Below are positions 12,282 to 30,607 of a DNA stretch of 64,000 nt, in pieces. The notes beneath the pieces were generated by a model. The model worked only from the letters and a program-made list of their open reading frames with translations, was not told where the DNA came from and did not search any database. Positions within the stretch are counted from its first letter, which is position 1; every line of letters starts with the position of its first letter. The stretch comes from Rhizodiscina lignyota (lineage: Eukaryota). The stretch lies in contig ML978125.1 of NCBI GenBank assembly GCA_010015805.1, positions 1,178,001-1,242,000 on the forward strand, read 5' to 3'. A program made the position numbers and the translations under genes.

Positions 12282-12937
12282 GATTGTGGAACGTAATACA
12301 GGAAACCGCCTCGACAAAGGTAAAATGCTTGATGATGGATGAGATGAGGTCGGATGAGTTATGGGAATTTATGTACAAGCAGTTTCTGGGCGGCGATCGT
12401 TGGGATCCGTTGACTCAAGGTCGCGATTGGGCGGGGACAAAGAGTTTCGTAACGCGGATAGAGCCCGCTTATTGCGCAATATGTTGTGCTTCAACGGCAG
12501 CGAAGCACAAGCAAATTGTTTGTCAAAGAGGGCCCTTTATAGGTAGCAAACAGTGTCTATTATTCCAGGATGCTAGAGACATTGTGACTTTGCCGCAACG
12601 ATTACAGCAAATGGTGGCTTTTGTCAGCACACGCGCCGGAAGTTTCTCGCGCGTATCACTCTTGGTTTGTCGCGGGATGGCGTGATCGCCGACCATTCAC
12701 TCGTCGGAGTTGAAGGGATCAAGGCATCTAGGTAATCCTTTCAGTGGCGCGTCATTAGGAATCCCATTCTAGTCTCCTTATACATGCATATATATGCGAC
12801 GATGTTTGGAATCATTGTATTCATTGTAGACTCGCTATCTGCTCAGAATGCAGTTCTTGGCATGTCGTACCCAGTTGTCCCCATGAATCAAATGCACAAA
12901 ACCACGACGGCAAAATCCCCATGCAACGACCATGATT

Positions 12938-13572
<635 letters not shown>

Positions 13573-14130
13573 GATTGCGATCTTTCGAAGCTCTGTTTGA
13601 TGATGGCTTCGATGTCGCAAGTAAAGGTTGATCGATGCTTTGTGGTGGTTTGGTGTGGATGTTGCTGTTCGTGGCTCTCCTGCAAAATTAAGCGAACGGA
13701 AATATCCGTTTTCTTGGCATTTGGGTTGCAGCCCTAACCCTAGCCATACTCCAAGCTCATCAAAGTTGCATGCAATTAAGAGGGTATAGAGAAGGTGGAT
13801 TTTTTTTATACAGTGAGAGTTAGTTGTGGAACGGTTAGATTTGGGCCTCTAGTGTACTATTAAGCAGTTCTAATTACCACACTGGAGAGATGGCTCTGAA
13901 TTCATTGGAAAATCAAATGACGAGTCAAAGCATCTCAGGGTACTGGCAGCATAGGGAATCTTAAATTTTCCATTGGCAGCACAAGACGTAAATAGGAGAG
14001 CCTTAGGACCATTGGAGACATTTGATCACTAATTGACCGTTTGATGATTGGCTTTGCCTGCATGCTGTATGCCCCATTGATGATGCCGAAGAGCCTCGCC
14101 ATGTTTCGTCCCAGGAAATTGTCGTAGACC

Positions 14131-14535
14131 TTAGTCGAAGAGACCGAAACCCATATCCTCGTCGGACTCCTCCTTCTCTTCTTCCTTCTCCTCTGCCTTG
14201 GCCTCCTCCTCGGCAGCAGCACCGCCAGCAGCACCACCGGCACCACCAGCGGCGGCAGCACCACCTCCAGAACCGCCAGATGGGACAGACGCGAGCTTCG
14301 TAGAACCCTCAGCGATGAGCTGCCAAACACCGTTAGTCAAAGTTCACTGCGCAGAGAACATTCAAGTGTCGCGAACCTCGTTGATGTCCTTGCCCTTCAA
14401 CTCGTCGATGAGCTTGTCCAGACGGTCGTCATCGGCATCAATGCCCACGGACTCCAGGACGCCCTTGATGTCACTGGCAGAAGGGTCGGTATTGCCGCCG
14501 AGGCCGAGGAGAAGGTATGCTGCGAGGTGCTTCAT
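14131..14535 (-). CDS. RPP2: 60S acidic ribosomal protein P2
   Basis: [15 protein letters not shown]...[17 protein letters not shown]...[13 protein letters not shown]. Confidence 0.97.
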
Positions 14536-15074
14536 TTTGATGGATGCTATATCTCGTCAGCATTTGCGATGATCGCTAATGAGGGCGAAATTTGAAGGCG
14601 AAACTGCCCAAAACATTTCAATCGCAGTAAAGGCGAACTTACTTTGATTGAGAGTAGGTTAGGAGAACTAGAGAATCAATCGATTTAACCGCGTTAACGG
14701 AGACTGAACCTTCAAGTTCTTTGCGATGTTGTTGGTCAAGGATTTACTCACGGTGTGTAAATTTGGAGTGGCTCTTTGTGCGGAAAAGTCTTGGCGATAA
14801 ACGCGCTAGGGAGACTTAGCAGCCGTGTTCGGGTCCTCGTGCGATAACGGGGTAATCGACAAACGACGACCGTGGTGGATTTAAACGTCTCGCGTGCTTC
14901 TTCCCTCTTCTCTTTCCCAACGCTCGCCTGCCTGTGTTTAATGACGTCTCACGACTTCTAACACTTCCGCGCTTCCCTATATATTCGGGTTTGCTCTTAC
15001 TCTCCTTCATCTCCCACCATGATTATTACTCTTATCAACAGGTGACGCAGCCGATTCCTCACAGCGGCACAGAC

Positions 15075-16160
15075 ATGAGCGTGAGTCAAAGAAAACACAT
15101 CGCCTGATCTTCGCTTACCAAATTCTGACACCACACACAGTTTCTCAATTCAATCCTTTCCTCTATCGAAGGCGGCGAGAAGGCGCCTTCCGCTCCATCC
15201 ATTGCAGCGCCACCAAGGACCAACTCCCCGCGGACAATCACAAACGGTACTGCGTCAAATGGCATCGCTGGTGGGGCCGCTCCGCCTCCAAAGCGCAAGG
15301 CAGAAGGGGATACTGGTCTTGTTTCGAACAAGGCACCACGCAAAGAGGTCCCATCTGCAACCGCACGTTCCGCGTCAATAACGGCCCCAAAGCCGGCGGT
15401 GAATCCGCCACCGCCTTTGACGGGTTACCAGGGTACCGCTCGGCCAATTATCTCTGTTACCACGGCCTCCAAACCTACGCAGAGCACATCGAAACCTCTG
15501 AATGGCCCATTATCAGCATCGGCTGCGAGTGCTGCGGCGCCGAAGAAGGGATCGTTTGCCGAGATCTTGGCTCGGGCCCAAGCAGCTCAAAAGTCTGCAC
15601 CGGCTATCGGTAATATCAAACACAAGCCTACAGAGAAAATGACAAGGAAGGAGCGTTTGCTTAAGGAAGCAGAGGAGAGGAGGACGAAGAAGCTGGAGGC
15701 CCGGGGAGCAAGATTAGGCAAGGCTAGACGAAGTGTGAGCCCGGAAAAGGGCAAGGCTACCTTAGGCGTGACTCAGAAACCGAAACGTGAGCCCGTCGAC
15801 CTGGGCTACAAGGGAACAGCGAGGCCAGCTGCCAGCACGACTGCTTACAAGGGCACAATGCGTCCCAGTGGCACTGCCTCGAGAGGCTCTGCATCGAGGA
15901 GCCCTGCCCCACCCAAGCCAAAGGAGAAGATTCGCATGGCTGGCTACGCTAGTTACTCTGAGCACGAGGATTCTGACGACGAGATGCATTCTGATGACTG
16001 GGACGACTTGTCGGACATGGAGGCCGGAGCATTCGACCTTGAGGAGGAGGAGATGCGGAGCCTTCGACAAGCCAGAAAAGACGATATCGAGGAGCAGAAG
16101 TTGGAGAACGAGTTGAAGCGCAAGAAGCTGGAACGTAAGGGGTTGAGTTCGAAGCGTTAG
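15075..16160 (+). CDS. SPT2-domain chromatin protein
   Basis: ATG AGC then an intron then FLNSILSSI; KKGSFAEILARA; acidic C-terminal SDMEAGAFDLEEEEMRSLRQARKDDIEEQKLE typical of SPT2. Confidence 0.75.
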
Positions 16161-16532
16161 TTGTCCGATCACAACTGGCGCAAACGGCTCTCGTGAAGTA
16201 TCACGGGGCAATGGAGTAATGTGAAATGGCAAGAGTTTTTCGTTATGGCATTGCATCGGTTGACAGCATCATATTAGCGGGCGTCCTCCTTTTGGGTCTG
16301 CATTCTGCGCAAGACATCAAGCTGGGGTCCTGCATCTTCTGCTTTTAGTTCTGCAGTTTTCTTTTCTCATGAGAGTACTTGAGCAAGGCCAAGCCATGCC
16401 TCGTTCTTTGGGTGGACAACTTCATGCATGAAGTCGAAGGAGTTATGCTAAACAATCAAAGATTTAATGTTGCTCCCGCTATCATGATATTTGCATTGTG
16501 GCCTCTAAACACTGTCATCGATTAAACCCTTT

Positions 16533-17646
16533 TCACAGCTTACTTTCCTTCTCCCCAATCACATTCAGGAAAGCTTCATGCACCCTCTCTGTCAAGTCCC
16601 CAGCTTGCAGACTCCTTCCCTTATCCTTAAACGCCAATTTTGAGCACTCCCTCGTAATCGCACTGCCCCCAAACGCTGCAAGCGCCAACGTCTCCCTGTC
16701 ATCCAAGTCGCCCTCGTGATCCCAAATTCGATCATGATATGCCTTCCGCCACGCGAGCATCGTCCCCAAACTCCCAGTTAGCGTATCTCCCTGCCCACCA
16801 CTCCTCTTCAGTCCGCCTTCGCCGTCAGAAACAAGTGTGTGCGTGCCATTAGAAATATAATCTTTCTGGCCCTTCTGAATAATCGTCACGCCGCCGAACG
16901 CCTTCGCTAGCTTCGCACACAGTTGAGTTGGATCTCCCTCGCTCACATCCACCCCCTTCGCCTTCGCAAGCCGTCCAAACTCTACTACATTCGGCGTGAG
17001 AATGCACTCTGTGCACCCTTCCACCAGCTCCGGCCGCGTCTGCGCCAGGAACAGCCCATCGGCGTCCAGCACGAAAGGGATGTTCTGCTTCCTGGCTTCT
17101 GTAATGACGCGTGCACAGGTCTCTTGCATCGCCTTATCGCGGCCTAGTCCAGGGCCGATGATAATGACGTGCAGGCGAGATAGCATGCCTACTACTTGCT
17201 CCGAGACGTCGTCCAGGGATTCGTTGGCTGCTATGTTTTTGGACTGACGCATGTAAGGGTGTACCATGAGGTTTGGCGAGTATGTCTTTATGACGGCGCC
17301 GGCACCGGGTTCACAGATTACGTGACTCTGAAGGAATGTTAGTATTTGTATACACGAGATAGTAAGGAATGGAGATGGGGTGGAGAGAGTGATGATGAGA
17401 CTGGCACGTGTCGTACCATATCGCAACCTAGTTTTGCGGAAGCCATGGCTGAAAAGTACGGCGCTCCGGTGTAGTCCTCGCTGCCTCCTATTACTGCTAC
17501 TCTGCCAAGCTGACCTAATATTTGTTAATGGGATCCCATAAATCCTGCATCATTCAAACTCTACCTTTGTGGAAGCTCTCAAGCATCGGTGGCACCATCT
17601 TGGACACCTTCGAGAGCAGCTCTTTTCGTGAAGCAGACGCAGCCAT
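16533..17646 (-). CDS. NNR2: ATP-dependent NAD(P)HX dehydratase (YjeF C-terminal family)
   Basis: [68 protein letters not shown]. Confidence 0.92.
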
Positions 17647-17927
17647 ATTTGAGAATTGAGAGAAGTTCTGAGATTTGGAGAGTTATGCGGTTGAGATTCG
17701 TAGTAGAAATTACTTTCTAGCTCTGTCAAGGCCAGACTGAACATTGAAATATTGGTTGGCAATTCAATTCAACATCACGACGTCACTCCATGCTGCAGGG
17801 ATCTGCACCAACAGACGGCACAGAGGCAAAGGCACGCTAGCAGTTACGACTTTGGATAGACTAGGTGTATTTGAAGAATTGAATTCATAAATATCATTAC
17901 GCCGTCAAATGCTATATAATATCTAGA

Positions 17928-20769
17928 TCAATGCTTCTTCTCTCTTTCCTTATTGATATTAATGATCGGCGTCGGATCAGCCGTCTTCAACCACTCTCCA
18001 TTAAACGCATTGACAAGCCAATTGCTGAGCTCTACGAAATTCATTAGCTATTGGTCTTTCGTTGATTCGACCTTCTTCATAAACTCACTGTCATATACAA
18101 TGCGATTCGCATTGTGGAAGTAAATGCTATGATCCGAATCCGGAAAAACCTGCATGTCATAGTTCTCGATACCTGCGAGGTCGAGCTTGTCCATGAGGCT
18201 TAGAGTGCTCTGGTAATGGACGTTGTCATCTGCGACGCCGTGCATGAAAAGGAAGCGCACGTTTCGCGCCAATCTTCCAACGTCTGAAATCGTAGCGTTG
18301 TCGTAGCCTGAAGGGTTGTTCTGCGGGGTGCGCATGTAACGTTCGGTGTATATTGAGTCTGTTGAAGAATAATAAGTACTTGTCCCAAGTTCCTAAGGCA
18401 GGAATCGACTTACCATAGAATCTCCAATTGGTGACAGGCGCAACAGCCATACCATACTTGAACGTCTCTCCACCGTCTTGCTCAAGCGTCTTCAGTGCCA
18501 TGAAACCGCCATAACTCCATCCCCAGATCGCCATACGATTCTCATCAACGTACTCCTTCGCCGCCCACATTTTTGCGGCTTGGATCTGGTCATGAGACTC
18601 CCAATGACCAAAATTGCCCCTCACAACGACTCTTGTCTTGCGGCCTAAGAAACCTGTGCCTCGCCCATCGACAGTTACGACGATGTAACCCAGCATAGAC
18701 GCGACATACGCCTGGAAGTCAACTGTAAACTTCTTGTCCACCAACTGCGAACCGGGGCCTTGGTACATATAGAACAGCACAGGGTACTTTCGCTTCTCAT
18801 CGAAGTGCGGTGGCCGGCGCTCAAGGACGTTCAGGTCGAAACCATCAACGTTGATCGTCTCGAACTTCAAGATGGGCATTTCGTGCTCTGCCGCCATCCT
18901 CCTCAGTCCGTCATTCTTTTCGATCGACTCTTCGTACCTTTCGTCTGCACTAATTGTGCTGATAACTTTCTGCCATGGAATATTTGGGCCGTTGTAGGTG
19001 AGTAGAGCGTATCCTGCTCCTGTCGAGAATGAAACGTCGTAGTACCCTTCGGAGTTAATGTCTGTGAGAGGGACCATATCCGTGCCATCGAGGTTAACGC
19101 GATATATATGGCGCTGGGTAGAGCTTTCCTTCGTTGCGACGAAGTAGACCATATTGCTTTTGAGATCAACGGCAGAAGGAGCTCTCACAACCTCCCATTT
19201 GCCGGACGTGAGCATCACCGGATCGGGGTTGTCGAGAGGCGTGAAGTATGCGAGATGATCATATCCCTCGTGAATAACGGTGTCAATGTAGCCATCCTGA
19301 GGACGACCATTCTCTGGATCTGCCGGGAGGAATGTGGTGTCTTCTGAGACCTCGAACCATCCGCCATCTAATGCATTGACATCTTTCGTCCGAATAGTCT
19401 TGCCAGTTCGCTGGTTTACGTCCATCAGCACGACTTTGAGGAGGTCACTCTCTCTGTTGGTCTCACGGACGAGAACCTTCTGCGTACTGCCGGCCCATAC
19501 CACCTCAGTGATAAGGCGGTCGCCGTCGACAAAGTCATCTTTAATTTTGACATCAAAGGTTTCATCCTTGGCCATATCGTAGAACTGAATGTTAACAGTC
19601 GGATTAGGTGCTCCAGCTTTGGGATACTTGATCCTCTCGAGCTCTGGATAATTTTCTAGCCCTGGCTTGGGTTTCTTGCCGCTCGGTCGAGAAGCAAAAT
19701 ACTGCAAAAGGTAATTGGGAACCAGAGTCTCGTTGGTGCGGAGGAATGCGATATATTTCGAGTCCTGGGACCACCATGTCGCGCTATTACCCGCGAAGAC
19801 TTCCTCCTCATATACCCAATCCGGGATGCCGTAAAAGAGTTCCGGCCCTCCGTCTTTTGTGATCTGAGTAACAGCCCTCTTACTTTCCCCGATCTTGCGT
19901 ACAAACATGTTGTTGTCTCTCGTGAACACAACGTGGCTTGAGTCCGGCGCCCAAGACGCAAGCTGGATCTTCCCATCGGGCACGCTAGGATCGAGTGGCT
20001 GCCCCTTCTGATGTTCAACGTCGAAGATCCAATAGAGCCCAAAGTATGAATGTCTCCAATGCTTCTCTTCGTCAGACATGACCAGCACAAAGCGCATATC
20101 CGGACTTGGCCAAACGCGGCTTGGAAATACACGCTTCGAACCAACATCGAAGGCGGCATTCTTCATCAGGGTGATGGCCTTCTCTGAGGATGTCTTGCTT
20201 CCTCGATGTTTGACATCCTCGACAACCAAATAGTCCTTCCCTGCCTCGCCTTGCTCAAGCATCATGCCATCCTCTCCATTCTTCCCAGCTATCCACGAGA
20301 TGTCATGCTTCCGCGCGCCCCACTGCCCCGTTAGCACCGACTCTAATGTGATCTTCTTTCCCGAGCCCCTCGATCCGGTCGCAGCAGGATCGTGCGGTTT
20401 CGACGAGGAATGCTTGTACGTGCCCGACGATACGAATCCGAACAGCGCGAACCCCCATCCAACTAAGGCTACGACAATCATGCCTATTAATATCCGTCGG
20501 TACTTTTTGTCCACGCCACGCACACCAACGTATTTTCCGTCTTCCATATCGAAGGATTCAGGGTCCTTGGCCGCTGGTACGCCATTGCTGTCGGAGTATG
20601 GCTCGTACTTGCCGTTCATGGCATTGCCGTTGAGGTGCTCGAGGACGAGGGAGGTCGTGGATGCAGTGGTTACGGAGTCGCGCGCTGACTCTAAGGATAT
20701 TCGTGCATTATGGTCTGTTTGCGTGAGAGGTTGGGTCTCCTCCACGTCGGAGATGTCTTTCTTTGCCAT
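17928..20769 (-). CDS. DAP2: Dipeptidyl aminopeptidase B (peptidase S9B, type II membrane protein)
   Basis: N-terminal TM, DWVYEEE, YPKAG, catalytic [21 protein letters not shown]. Two 3' introns. Confidence 0.93.
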
Positions 20770-21387
20770 CTTGGTGGTGATGATGGAGGGGTTTCAGACT
20801 GTCGTTATGAAATGACCATCGTGGTTGGGGATTGTCTAACGGTGCTCTAGCAACTTCTATAGGAGGGCAAGATCGTAGCCTCGATTAATGTTGTGAATTG
20901 CACGGCCAGATGGCCTTTGGTGACGTGTAAGTAAACAATACCTAGGTAGTGGATGCTAATAGAGGATGTGCTGCGGGTAGATGCAGGGTCTTTGTCTGGC
21001 CCCAGCCGCGCGGTCGATCAATCACTGGTTGAAAAGCACGATTCACAGATCTTATTGAAGGCCAAATGCGTTCAATTTGAACTCGCTATTTTCTTGCGTT
21101 TCAATTTGCATTCACGCAGCGCATTTCTTAATTTCATCATAGCAGTTGTAGAACTCCACCTCCGCGTCCTATCATCGGCTGTCGCGTGACTTTCGACTTC
21201 CTATGAGAACTCGTCGTCAGGAGCCTTTTCCGCCAGCCTCAGCAAGCTTCCTGGACGCACTTCCTATTTGACATTGAACGTGTGCTGCACGAACTGCCCT
21301 TCAGCTTAGGCAAAAGCACCGCTGAAGGTGTTGTACGATGTGCGTTTGCCAATCTTCATTAAGATTAAACATCTTTCATGAAATGCT

Positions 21388-22080
21388 TCACACAGAAGGC
21401 AGAGGTCTGTTTCAACAATAAGTTGCAGTCGTAGTAGAGAGCAAATAGTCTGGGGGAAGTAGATCGTACCCTAAGTAGTCCTCCTTCATGGTGGCAATCG
21501 CGAACATCTTTCCCATCTCTCCTCTTGTACCCTTGATCTTGATGCGAATGTGCGTGCCTCTTTCAATGACTTGATCGCCGTTATCTGTCCATTGTGGTGG
21601 TGTGGCATTTCCATCGTATCTGATCTCAGAAGGAATCATCTGGAAGACATGAGACGCCTGCGCCACATCTGAGGAATACTCACAGTGGGATACATACGCT
21701 CTTACTCACAAACACATCCAGCGGACCAATGTTGACATGAAAGCCGGCTTCGTTCAATGAGTCAACCAAGCCATCGAGCTATGAAGCCTGTCAGTAATGA
21801 CCGCACTGAACAGCATTTCCATCCCACGTACAATCTCTCCCTTGAATGGTTTCCATACTACGGCCTTGAAATGTACTGTGTATTCCGCTAGGGAGCTGCC
21901 TGGTACTACGCGACCCTCAGATATATCGAATGTATCCATCACGCACACAATGAAGTATGCGCCGGACGTAGTGCCTTCGACATCGTGGAGTAACTGGTTC
22001 GAGATGTACGTCCTGGCATTGGGGCCGAAGAAAGATGGATGGAGCGTGATAATGCGCTCGAGTTCGTGGATGAAGAACAT
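21388..22080 (-). CDS. RPB7: RNA polymerase II subunit Rpb7
   Basis: MFFIHELERIITLHPSFFGP...VWKPFKGEI...VGPLDVFVS...YDGNATPPQW...IATMKEDYLG. Confidence 0.95.
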
Positions 22081-22779
22081 CGCTTGATCTGAAACCAAGT
22101 GGGTGTTTAACTTCGAGTGAGGTAGAGTAAGGGTGGAACGTGTGCGCGCTTCGCCGTAGAGGTGTGGCGAAGGGTCCGCGCGAGAGCTGGAGGGCGTCGT
22201 TCAGATAGCCGTTGCTGTTCGAAGCAATATCGAGAGTGCTATGAACTCGGATAGGTTTTGCGATTCATCTTATACAACGCGCAGTGGAAGGATGTATACT
22301 TAAACGACGGTGGGCTTTGTGGGAAGCTGCACTGACTCTGGGCGTCAACCGGTCCCTCGAGACTGTTGTCGCGAAGTAATCTTTAATGAGTGTGCGGATA
22401 GCGCTTCTGCGACCTGTCCTCGTCAAATGACGCGTGCGGCGCGTGTAAGGTGTGCGATGCTCGAGGTGATGAAGCCTGCAGGTGAGTTGGGTGAATTTCG
22501 GGCACAAAGAACTTTCTCAGTCTCTCTCGGCCGGAGGAACCGCTCAGGCAAGGTCTCCCTGTCACCGTGGCTCTCCGCGAGTTGTCACGTCATGTGAAAG
22601 GCGAACGAGTTTCGAGAAATGCTCGCTCTCCACACCTCATCCTGTGTAATGTTTTTATAACATTTAGAAAGGACGCGGATCTCCTCGAGTTCGTTAAAGT
22701 CGTCTAGCTGCAGCTTTAGAAGCTAAGAAGTTTCCTGCACGCAAAGGATTAAAGGCGGCCGCAGTTCGAATAAGCGAAG

Positions 22780-23546
22780 ATGGCCCTCAATCTCGAGAAG
22801 CAGCTCCTCTTCGTAAGGCTTCAGGACGTTTGTTTGTTTGCTATTGTATAGCTAATGCTCGTTAGTATGGCTCCTACCATCATAATCCTGTATGCCGACT
22901 ATACCCACTTCCTGGCCTTACACTGGTCTGACACTCAAGCTTATAGGTCAATGTCTGGATTCACATAGTCTGCGTACCTATTATCTTGATGTCGATACTG
23001 CTTCTTGTAAGCTACCACAATATCAAACTCGATGTATGCTCTATCTAAAACTTTGCTCAGCTAACCAACACACCGTCGTTACCTCTACCATCATGGCTCT
23101 CCTTCCCCCACCTTCCACTAAACGTCGGAACCTTCGGGGCAGTACTATATTCCTCACTCTATATCCTGATGGAGCCGGTTGTAGGCGGTTTAATGGCACC
23201 TCTTATCATTGGTGGCACGGCATACTCGCATTACCTCACACAAACTTATGGCAAGCCGGTCAACATTGCTGCAACAGTCATCCAAGCCATTAGCTGGATC
23301 CTCCAATTTATTGGACACGGCAAGTTCGAGGGAAGAGCACCGGCCCTCCTGGATAACCTCGTACAAGCCCTCTTCCTCGCGCCATTCTTCGTATTCTTCG
23401 AGGTCATGTTCATGCTCGGATACAGGCCTGAGTTGAAGGCAAGGCTGGACAAGAATGTTGAAGAGGAGCTCAAGAAGCTGAACAAGTCGAAGCCGAAGAA
23501 GGGCACGAGGAATGGATCGGCCAATGGCTCTGCTAAGGAGCTTTGA
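22780..23546 (+). CDS. MPO1: Mpo1/DUF962-like ER membrane protein (2-hydroxy fatty acid dioxygenase family)
   Basis: MALNLEKQLLF/YGSYHHNP/VNVWIHIVCVP...SWILQFIGHGKFEGRAPALLDNLVQALFLAPFFV. Confidence 0.88.
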
Positions 23547-24324
23547 ACGAACAATTGATACAATTGCAAGGATATAATTCGAAGCGGATGCGTCGGGAGG
23601 CAACTTCCACGTACGAACGGGCAATGGAATGGCAATCAAACGGATTTACAAGCTTCCTGTACAAAACAAGCAGCACGGCGTTATGAAGATACATTCAATT
23701 CAGCAATTGACTGTAATGAGGTGATGCATTTATGCTATGAACCGTTGGAGCGCTATAATGTAAGAGATGTATGTAAGAGTATAGCTTCACTCGATCACAG
23801 TGACATGTTGAGTTTAGCATGAAGTTTAGCAAAATTTTAGCCAAGAATCGTGAATGTGAACAACGCGCTCTAATATCGGAGCTTTCAGCTTGAAGTTGAA
23901 CATCTTCGAGAGGAACATCGACTCGCTAGTCTAGACCGCAGGCAAGCGATGTTAGTGTAGGTCTTCATGATGACCGTCTCGTCGAGATGTGGGACACCTC
24001 CTTGGTGGTCTGGATGTACTTCTTCACGCAGACTATCACCAAGGACGCGAATACTCCCCCACAGGCTCATCTTGTTGTCATAGGCCCTGCTCGATATGGT
24101 CGAGGTGCTCTTGAAGTTCAACGGGCTAGTTAGTGATCGAGAATACGGTCGGGTTCGGGGTCCTGTTCATGTACGACGTCTGCTCTCTGGCACTACTAGC
24201 GGATGAGATAGATGTCGCTTCTGCCTCTGCTGACGGTGCTGAACGACTCCGTGTCGCCACTGGTCGAACCGGGAGCTCTGGGCCTCGTGATGGGGGAGGT
24301 GGTGCGCATCATCGTACGGCTGTG

Positions 24325-24869
24325 AGCTTCACCTCCAGGTAATGAAAGAGTCGACTAACGCCCGGCACTGCGTGAACGTGCTTACGAGCGCGACAAAATA
24401 GTTGAGTGTTATGAAGCAAGACTCGCTCGAGGAGACGGAGTAGCGAGGGTTAGATATTAAGGAGGAGAGACTCGAATCATCGATTTAACGGCTGCTACGA
24501 GGTGTTGCTCGAAGTGTCGAAATCGTTCGTAGCGAGGGATAGTCTTAGCTTCACCTCCAGGTAATGAAAGAGTCGACTAACGCCCGGCACTGCGTGAACG
24601 TGCTCACGAGCGCGACAAAATAGTTGAGTCTTATGAAGTTTGAACGTATTCAGCAAAGGCGAGGTTTCCTCTTTAACACCAGCGAGAGCATCTCTAAAAG
24701 ATTAATAAATTTTATACCAGAGTTCGTTCATCTAAAACATACATCTTCAGCATGGATAACTTATCTTAACTATCGAGGATATCCATCCTCATAGTTCTAT
24801 GGATTGCAACCACCACTCAACTATTTTGGCACCGTGTGAAGGGCTATCAGGCTATCCCATCGCCGGGCT
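24325..24869. repeat. Repeat relic (family B) containing a 92-bp direct duplication
   Basis: AGCTTCACCTCCAGGTAATG...TTATGAAG at 24325-24416 and 24547-24638 (2 mismatches). Segments 24421-24600 and 24828-24869 match 30216-30440. Confidence 0.8.
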
Positions 24870-25077
24870 AATATCGGAGCTTTCAAAGCTTGCTCGGCTA
24901 TTTTAGGGAAGGCGCCTGAGAGCTTGGCGTTTTCGCCCGGAAACTGTTTCTTCTGCTCCTCAAACACCACACAAGCTCTTCCTTCATCACCACCTCCCTC
25001 GCTCTTCTCTCTCTTCATTTGCATCGATCGCAATTGGTAGCAGAGCTACTCACTACAGCTTCTGGACCACCGCAACA

Positions 25078-28971
<3,894 letters not shown>

Positions 28972-29410
28972 ACACTGGTTAAATAGGCCGGGTGGGGTGT
29001 GCAACTGATTCTTCTTTGTTTCCTTTGCGAGGAGGTTGTCCAAAAAGTAGATGGCGGATGGGGAGGAGAGAGCGCTCTCTTGTACTGATCTGAAGAGGGT
29101 GGATGTAAAATAGCAATGGATATACCTCTTCCTTAGCCCCTCCTCCGCCTGTACTCGATGTGCTCTCGCATACTGAAGACTGCCAAATGAAACAGGTGAA
29201 GGCGGGGACGTCAAGACAATGTATTTAAGTTCACAGGCTTACTAGAATCTCCTTTGTGCTCTCCTACCGGCTTCTATCATGCGCATATCGCTCAATGGCT
29301 TCGCTACTGGAGTGCCTTTGAAAACTTACACTGGAGCCGAGTTACAGACGTATTAAGTACGAAGGAATGTTTCCAGCAAAGTGAATCAGGCCTTGAGAAT
29401 AGGTTAATTA

Positions 29411-30440
29411 ATCCAGCTTGAAGTTGTTTTTATTGTTTATAGAGAGGAGATAGAGGGCCTCGCAGCCGCCTCTGTTAAATCAACATCAATGTGTACGTAA
29501 ATAATAGCGCCCTTAAGAGCACAAGTGGGTGACCAAAAAGTTGAGTCGTGACTGTAATATATCGAAGCGTGAAGATGTATATACTCCTCCGTTAATATAG
29601 ATTATATACTACTTTAGAGAAATGCTATCTGGTATATATTAGATCGAGCTTTCAGAGATGCTCTCGCTTGTGCTGAAGAATTAAACTTGCCCTCGCTTGG
29701 AGTACTAGGGCTCTGAGGCGACAACTACTACAAGAGCCGCCGGATATACTCCCTCTCGCTCCTGCTCTCGAGTACTTGTAACCCACGTATAAGCTACTTC
29801 CCTAATTCAATGTTTCGGACGGTAGACATATATGGTACCTAATCGTGCTATTTGTCAGGAGGTGATCAGTGCGCCTTAGCGCTCCCCTGTATATAAGCGA
29901 GCACCTTGAGCTTCCTTCCTTCAATCAATCAACTCACATTGATCATTCGTGCTCTATTACTATTTGATAAGGAAGACCTTAGTTACAGAGAGATAGACGG
30001 CCGAAGCCACAGACGGCCGAAGCCACAGACGGCCGAAGCAAACGGCTGAAGCCATAGGTAACCGAAGCCATAGACGGCCGAAGCTATAGCGATAGACCCT
30101 AAGGCCTAGATAGTATATGATTTATCGTACGCGTATTCGCGCTCAGTGTAGGCTTACTATTTACATGCGATAGGTACTAGCTATCGCGACTTTTGAGATA
30201 GTAGAGATAGTATGGCTCGCTCGAGGAGATAGAGTAGCGAGGATTCGATATCGACTTAAGGAGGAGAGGCTAGAATCGGATCGGTCCGACGGCTGCTACG
30301 CTACACAGCACACGGCGGTGAGGAGGTGTTGCTCGGAGTGTCGAAATCGTTCGTTCGTAGGGATAGTCTTAGCTTCACCTCTAATAAAAGAGGCTACTAA
30401 CGCCCGGCACCGCGTGAAGGTGCTATCCCATCGCCGGGCT
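29411..30440. mobile_element. RIP-like degenerate transposon relic (TpA-rich, LTR-like segment at about 29853-29969, 16-bp tandem array, family B repeat)
   Basis: No ORFs and TA-rich. Bracketed by the imperfect direct repeat CCAG..AA.TGAA.CA.GCCTTGAGAATAGGTT.ATTA (about 29372-29410 and 30441-30478). 30216-30440 matches the 24.4-24.9 kb relic. Confidence 0.55.
29994..30086. repeat. Tandem array of about 6 copies of a 16-bp unit (YAGACGGCCGAAGCCA)
   Basis: Directly visible; later units are degenerate. Confidence 0.9.
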
Positions 30441-30607
30441 CCAGGAAAATGAACCACGCCTTGAGAATAGGTTTATTAAAAGTGCTTCGGCCTTCATTAT
30501 CAAGCTCGCAACATATGATATGTTGAGTGTCGGACTATGGAGTATACCTGGAATGATCGCAGTAACTTCTCCTCCGCAACGCCCAATAATTACTCGTATC
30601 TCCTAGC

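Noticed and set aside
23885..24320. Possible gene or transposase fragment on the minus strand
   Set aside because: Multiple stops in all frames and no recognisable motif; cannot be assigned.
29994..30086. CRISPR-like array
   Set aside because: Units are directly adjacent with no unique spacers, the genome is eukaryotic and no cas genes are present; the same applies to 57955-58017.
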